From the IMG/VR virus record IMGVR_UViG_3300016371_000006: DNA of 64,000 nt; one strand, 5' to 3'. Of the stretch, positions 59,492-64,000 are shown piece by piece (position 1 is the first letter of the stretch; each line of letters opens with the position of its first letter). A program made the translations under genes and the position numbers. Under the pieces are notes generated by a model, which made no database searches, was not told where the DNA came from, and worked only from the letters and a program-made list of their open reading frames with translations. The DNA is from an uncultured virus (IMG/VR IMGVR_UViG_3300016371_000006). Lineage: Duplodnaviria > Heunggongvirae > Uroviricota > Caudoviricetes.

Positions 59492-61606
59492 GCACGCGAT
59501 GGCGCCCCGCGTGGCGCGACATCGCGCGGTGGACGCGGTTCAGATGACCGAGCAGGCGCGCCGCTGGCTGTTCGGCTACACCGGCGACCCGCACGACTTC
59601 ACCGACCGCACCCGCCTCGAGTACCGCGCCACGCTGTGGCTGTGTGCGGCCATAGCCCCGTTCGCGCTGCTGTTCTACGGCTGGGCGCTGTTCACCCTGC
59701 TGGTCGAGGCCTTATGAGCAGGGAGGCCACAGTGACGTGCGACCGCTGCGGGACGACGGTGGTCGACCCGGGCGGCAAGGGCGGGCGGAACCGGATCGAG
59801 GGGTGGGTGCGGCTGACGGTGTCGGACGATCCGCGCGGGACGCCGACGGGGTATGACCTGTGCACCGACTGCGGTCGGGCGCTGGCGGCGTTCATGGACG
59901 AGGCGGAGAAGAACACCATCGACATCGCGATCCCGATCCGGCCGCGTGTCGAGCGGGTCAGCGCCGCCGGGATCGAAGCCGGGCTGCGCAGGCAGGGCTG
60001 GACCGATGACATGCTTGGGCCGGACATGAAGGCGTGTTTGACCGAGATCGCCGAGGGTCTGGACAAAATGCGCCAGGAGTGTCCACCGGTGGACACCTCC
60101 GCGTCAATCCAGGACAATCCGTGATGATCTGCGAATATACGGATTTTTCGGCAGTTTTCGCCGCGATGCGGCGAGTCTCGGAGTCCTGTCCGGGTTTGCC
60201 GTTACCATCAGCGCGTGACCGAGATGAACCTGTACGGAATGAACGCACTGGTGTGCTGTGACAAGTGCGGCGCGGTGGCGGTGCTGGTGCCCGACACCCG
60301 CTGGAAGTCCTGGTCGGAGCCGCCGAACTTCAAGCCGCTGACCAACGGGTTCGTGGTGCGCCGCCATCACTGCGGCGACTGCGCCGAGTACAACGAGCTG
60401 CTGGCCGGCGGCCTGGTGTACGGGCGCGATCCGTCCGAGGCCGTCGTCTACGACGAGCGGGTCGCCACATAAAATGCTCATCATCGTGCGTGATCAGCAG
60501 GACGCCGCCGGGGTGGCGGCCCAGCTCGGCGTGATCGAGGTCTTGCGCGCGGTGACCAGCCCGATGCGGACGCTGATCGAGAACACCCCCTGGGTGGAGG
60601 TCCGATGGGCCAACCCCCGATACCTGTGAAGATTTGCCGACACTGCGGAGAGGCCGTCATGAAGATCCACTTCGTCAAGTACGGCGACAGATGGTGGCAC
60701 GCCACCCCGCACGGGGCCGCGCCCACCTATCGGCACTGCGGCGACGACCACAGCCTGCCGGTGGCGGAGCCGCTGTCATGAGCGGGGTGCAGGTGCAGTG
60801 CCACACCTGCTCGGCGACGGCGCCGGTGCAGTGGATTCCCTCTGAGCGCCGCTACCGCTACCAGCGCCACTTCATCGGGACCGGCCGGGCGAAGCTGCGC
60901 TGCCCGGCCTCCGGGGAGCCGGTGCCGGCGCCCACGTCGATCGTGTTCGCGCCCAGGAACACCCCGTGACCGGGCTGACGGTGAAGGTCGGCGACGGGGA
61001 GATGAGAATCCCCGGGCCGTTCCACGTCATGGGGCACTGCCCGATCTGCGGCAACAAACCATCGCGCGGCGCGACCACGTTCGTCATGCCCGGCAAGAAG
61101 GGTCACCGCGGCCCCGGTGGCGGGGCCCGCCACACGCTGGTGTTCAAGCTGTGCAACAAGCGGTGCATGATCGGCTACATCAACCTCACGACCCTGGTGG
61201 GCTTATGACCTGTATCTGTGATTTCGACGAGCACGACTGGCCCAGCATGGAGCCGGGCTGCCCGGTGCACGATCGGCCCAAGACCCTCTCGGAGCGGTTC
61301 CACGCGCTGTGGGACCGGCTGTGGAGATGACCGAGCAGCTGGGCAGGCTGCGCAAGCTGGCCGAGGGCGCGCTGCGCACCATCGACCACCGTGAAAGCGA
61401 GTCGCCGAAGCAGGACCACTCCCGGCAGAAGGCATGGTGGCAGGGCTACCGGCAGTGCATCGACGACGTCGAGGATTTCGTCAACAAACACCACGAGGAA
61501 GGGATCGCATGATCTACAGCAGTTTCAACTGGGCGGCCCGGCGCAAGCGGGGCTGGATATTCGGACCGCTGTTCGGCAAGACCCTGACGATCACCTGGGA
61601 GTGGAC

Positions 61607-62125
61607 ATGAGTTTCGCGGAAGAATGGCGCGACATCCCTAGTTGCCCCGGCTACCAAGCGTCATCGCTAGGCCGGATACGCAGCCTCGATAGGCAGATCG
61701 ACCGGAAGGATGGACGCCAGAGATTTTCTCGCGGCCGGATATTAAAATTCTCTTTGGCCGACCGGAAGGGGCGACTCTATCCGTTCGTCAACATTCCGCC
61801 GCGTGGCCCGACGAAGGTACATCTGCTGATCCTTGAAGCGTTCGAGGGCCCGCGCCCAGATGAACGCCCCTTCGGCCTGCATCGGGATGACGATCCACTG
61901 AACAACCGGGCCGAGAATCTTTACTGGGGCAATCGACCCGATAACACAAATGACATGGTTGCCAACGGCAGCCACAACAACGCCCGCAAGACGCACTGCA
62001 AGAACGGACATGCCTTCACGCCAGAGAACACCTACGTGGAAGTCATGGCGAATGGGCGTACCCGACGCGACTGTGTCACTTGCGCGAAAGATCGAGCTAG
62101 GCGATCGAGGGAGCGCGCATCATGA
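61607..62125 (+). CDS. NUMOD4 + HNH homing endonuclease
   Basis: EEWRDIP..PGYQASSLGRIRSLDR, VHLLILEAF, HRDDDPLNN, KTHCKNGH. Confidence 0.88.
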   Translation: MSFAEEWRDIPSCPGYQASSLGRIRSLDRQIDRKDGRQRFSRGRILKFSLADRKGRLYPFVNIPPRGPTKVHLLILEAFEGPRPDERPFGLHRDDDPLNNRAENLYWGNRPDNTNDMVANGSHNNARKTHCKNGHAFTPENTYVEVMANGRTRRDCVTCAKDRARRSRERAS

Positions 62126-63237
62126 GCTTTGCCGACGACAATGTCAAAGCATGGAGTGAGATCGTTGAGCTGCATAAATCGCGGCCCGACGAGTTCGGTA
62201 ACACCGAGACTGCCAACGGTCCAGGTGCCACGCTCGCGCAGACCGAGAACCTACGGGAGATCCTGCCCGAGATTTTCAAGCGGTACGGGATCAAGACGGT
62301 GCTGGACGTGGGCTGTGGCGACTGGAACTGGATGAGCAAGGTCGACCTGTCCGGGCTGGATCTCTATATGGGCTGGGATGTCGAGCCAAGCTTCATCGAG
62401 GCCAATACCGACAACTACGGCAACCCCCACATCCAGTTCGCCGCAACCAGCCTGCTCACCTGCGAGGTGATGCCGCCTGTGGACTGCATCCTGGCGCGCC
62501 ACGTCCTGATCCACTTCCCCAACGACGAGATCACCAAGGTGCTCGACAAGATGCGAGCCTGCGGCGCGCGCTACCTGCTGACCAGCCACTGGGAGGACGG
62601 GTCCAACGAGGACTACGAGCCGGAAGGGCTAGCGTGGCGCGGCTACATGGAACGCGCCCTGGACATGGAGGCCCCGCCGTTCAACCTGCCGACCCGGATC
62701 GAGGCGATCCACGAGCCGGCCGCCGACGCCGGCGTGCTGATGGCGCCGCACGAGCTGGCGCTGTTCGAGCTGATCCCGGCGCCGGCGATCGCCGATCTGG
62801 ACGTGGCCGAGTGTGCCCAGTGGGGCGGCTGGAAACCGGTCGACGTGTTCAACGAGCCCGACCCGAACTGCGCGCACGCCTCCACCTATCGGGTGCACCG
62901 CGCCGATGACACCGTCGCCACTGTCTGCGTTGACTGTCAGGGTGAGTTGGACGCCAAAGGTGAAGCGGGAGGGGTGTTCTCGTTTCACGACACCATCGCC
63001 CGCTGGGCCGCCGACGTGGAGAAGGGCGGCCTGGGTAAATCCGACAAGGCGGCGCGGATGCAGGGGCGCCCGATCGGCCGCAACGAGCTGCTGCGCGGCC
63101 TGCGCGACGAACACCGGGAGATCCTGGCGGCCGCCGGAATCGACAACAGCCAGGAGACGATCGGGCGGCTGCTGCGGGTGCACGGCGCCATCCTCGATGC
63201 GGTCCTGAACGAGATGCTGGGTGAGCGTGATGGCTGA
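62122..63237 (+). CDS. Class I SAM-dependent methyltransferase with C-terminal extension
   Basis: VLDVGCGDWNWM, YMGWDV, DCILARHVLIHF; paralog of 988-1686. Confidence 0.8.
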   Translation: MSFADDNVKAWSEIVELHKSRPDEFGNTETANGPGATLAQTENLREILPEIFKRYGIKTVLDVGCGDWNWMSKVDLSGLDLYMGWDVEPSFIEANTDNYGNPHIQFAATSLLTCEVMPPVDCILARHVLIHFPNDEITKVLDKMRACGARYLLTSHWEDGSNEDYEPEGLAWRGYMERALDMEAPPFNLPTRIEAIHEPAADAGVLMAPHELALFELIPAPAIADLDVAECAQWGGWKPVDVFNEPDPNCAHASTYRVHRADDTVATVCVDCQGELDAKGEAGGVFSFHDTIARWAADVEKGGLGKSDKAARMQGRPIGRNELLRGLRDEHREILAAAGIDNSQETIGRLLRVHGAILDAVLNEMLGERDG

Positions 63238-63668
63238 GGACGAAAAGCTGGTGATGGTCGACAAGGAGCGGATCGCTCAGCTTCGGCGGAATCTGCGGGA
63301 GACCGGCGAGCTTGCCCGCGCATCGGAGCCGTGGGGTCCTCCGGCGAATGAACGGCCGCGAGCGATGTGGGTTCTGCTGGGGGGCGTGTTCGCGGTGCTG
63401 GACGAGCTGCTGACCGAGGTGATCGGCGATGGGTAGACCGGAGGGGGTGCGGATCGTGCGCCCGGATGGCACCGAGGTGCCCTGCGAGCTGGAGCACAAG
63501 GGCTACAACACGGAGGAGAACATGGACGAGTGGGTGATCGCGACCGACGTGGAGTTCCGGCCCGGCCTGGATCAGCTGCGGGTGGACACGTTCCCGGCGC
63601 GCACCGCGCTGGGGTTCAAGGTCCGGCCCCGGGCGGGCCGATGACTTGCCCTACTTCGTCGTGAAGCC

Positions 63669-64000
63669 GTGACCATCGCGGTCGGCGTGGTCGCGCACAC
63701 CTCGCGGGCCCCGACCGCGCGGGCACTGCGCAACGACGTCGGGGCGATCGCGATGAACGTCGACGACGGCACCCTGGGCCGCGAGGGCAACCACATCGCC
63801 GTGCTCAAGGCCCTGGCCTACCGGCACACCGACTGGTGCGTGGTGCTCGAGGACGACGCGTGGCCGGTGCGCGACTTCCGCACCCAGCTCAAACGGGCGC
63901 TGGCGCACGCGCCGGCGCCGATTGTCGGGCTCTACCTGGGCTACGGCCACCCCTCACAGGAGACCCAGCAGGCGGCCGCCGACGCGGTGCGTACCGCCGA
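63669..64000 (+). CDS. Glycosyltransferase-like protein, partial
   Basis: Hand translation IAVGVVAHTSR...GNH...WCVVLEDDAWPV...IVGLYLG, typical of mycobacteriophage glycosyltransferases. Confidence 0.7.
   Translation, partial: MTIAVGVVAHTSRAPTARALRNDVGAIAMNVDDGTLGREGNHIAVLKALAYRHTDWCVVLEDDAWPVRDFRTQLKRALAHAPAPIVGLYLGYGHPSQETQQAAADAVRTA

Overview
High-GC actinobacteriophage (mycobacteriophage-like) genome segment covering the non-structural/early region. A long leftward block encodes replication and recombination genes (replication initiator, Gp3-like annealing protein, PD-(D/E)XK exonuclease, beta clamp, Ku, ATP-dependent ligase), ParB-like, AAA ATPase and WhiB proteins, and many HNH/NUMOD4 endonucleases. 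Transcription switches strand near 53-55 kb, and the rightward block ends in a methyltransferase and a glycosyltransferase. Two rightward islands stand out. (1) 12374-15692 holds a RAMP/Cas7-like gene, a ParB-like gene and a ~1.8 kb non-coding array of 5-nt GGY-NN units split into 19 segments. Reading only the variable NN dinucleotides as codon positions 1-2 (wobble base skipped) gives recognisable protein motifs: excisionase/AlpA HTHs, a DNA methyltransferase motif I, a CxxC zinc ribbon, and a diverged copy of the adjacent ParB-like gene. I infer a programmable guide-RNA system with a gapped code. (2) 20190-22696 holds five tandem Y RNA-like genes, a Ro60/TROVE gene and a stand-alone GGY-NN guide whose NN code spells a Ro60 C-terminal motif, with the phage's own allele recoded at that site. 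All decoding was done by hand and no database search was run.
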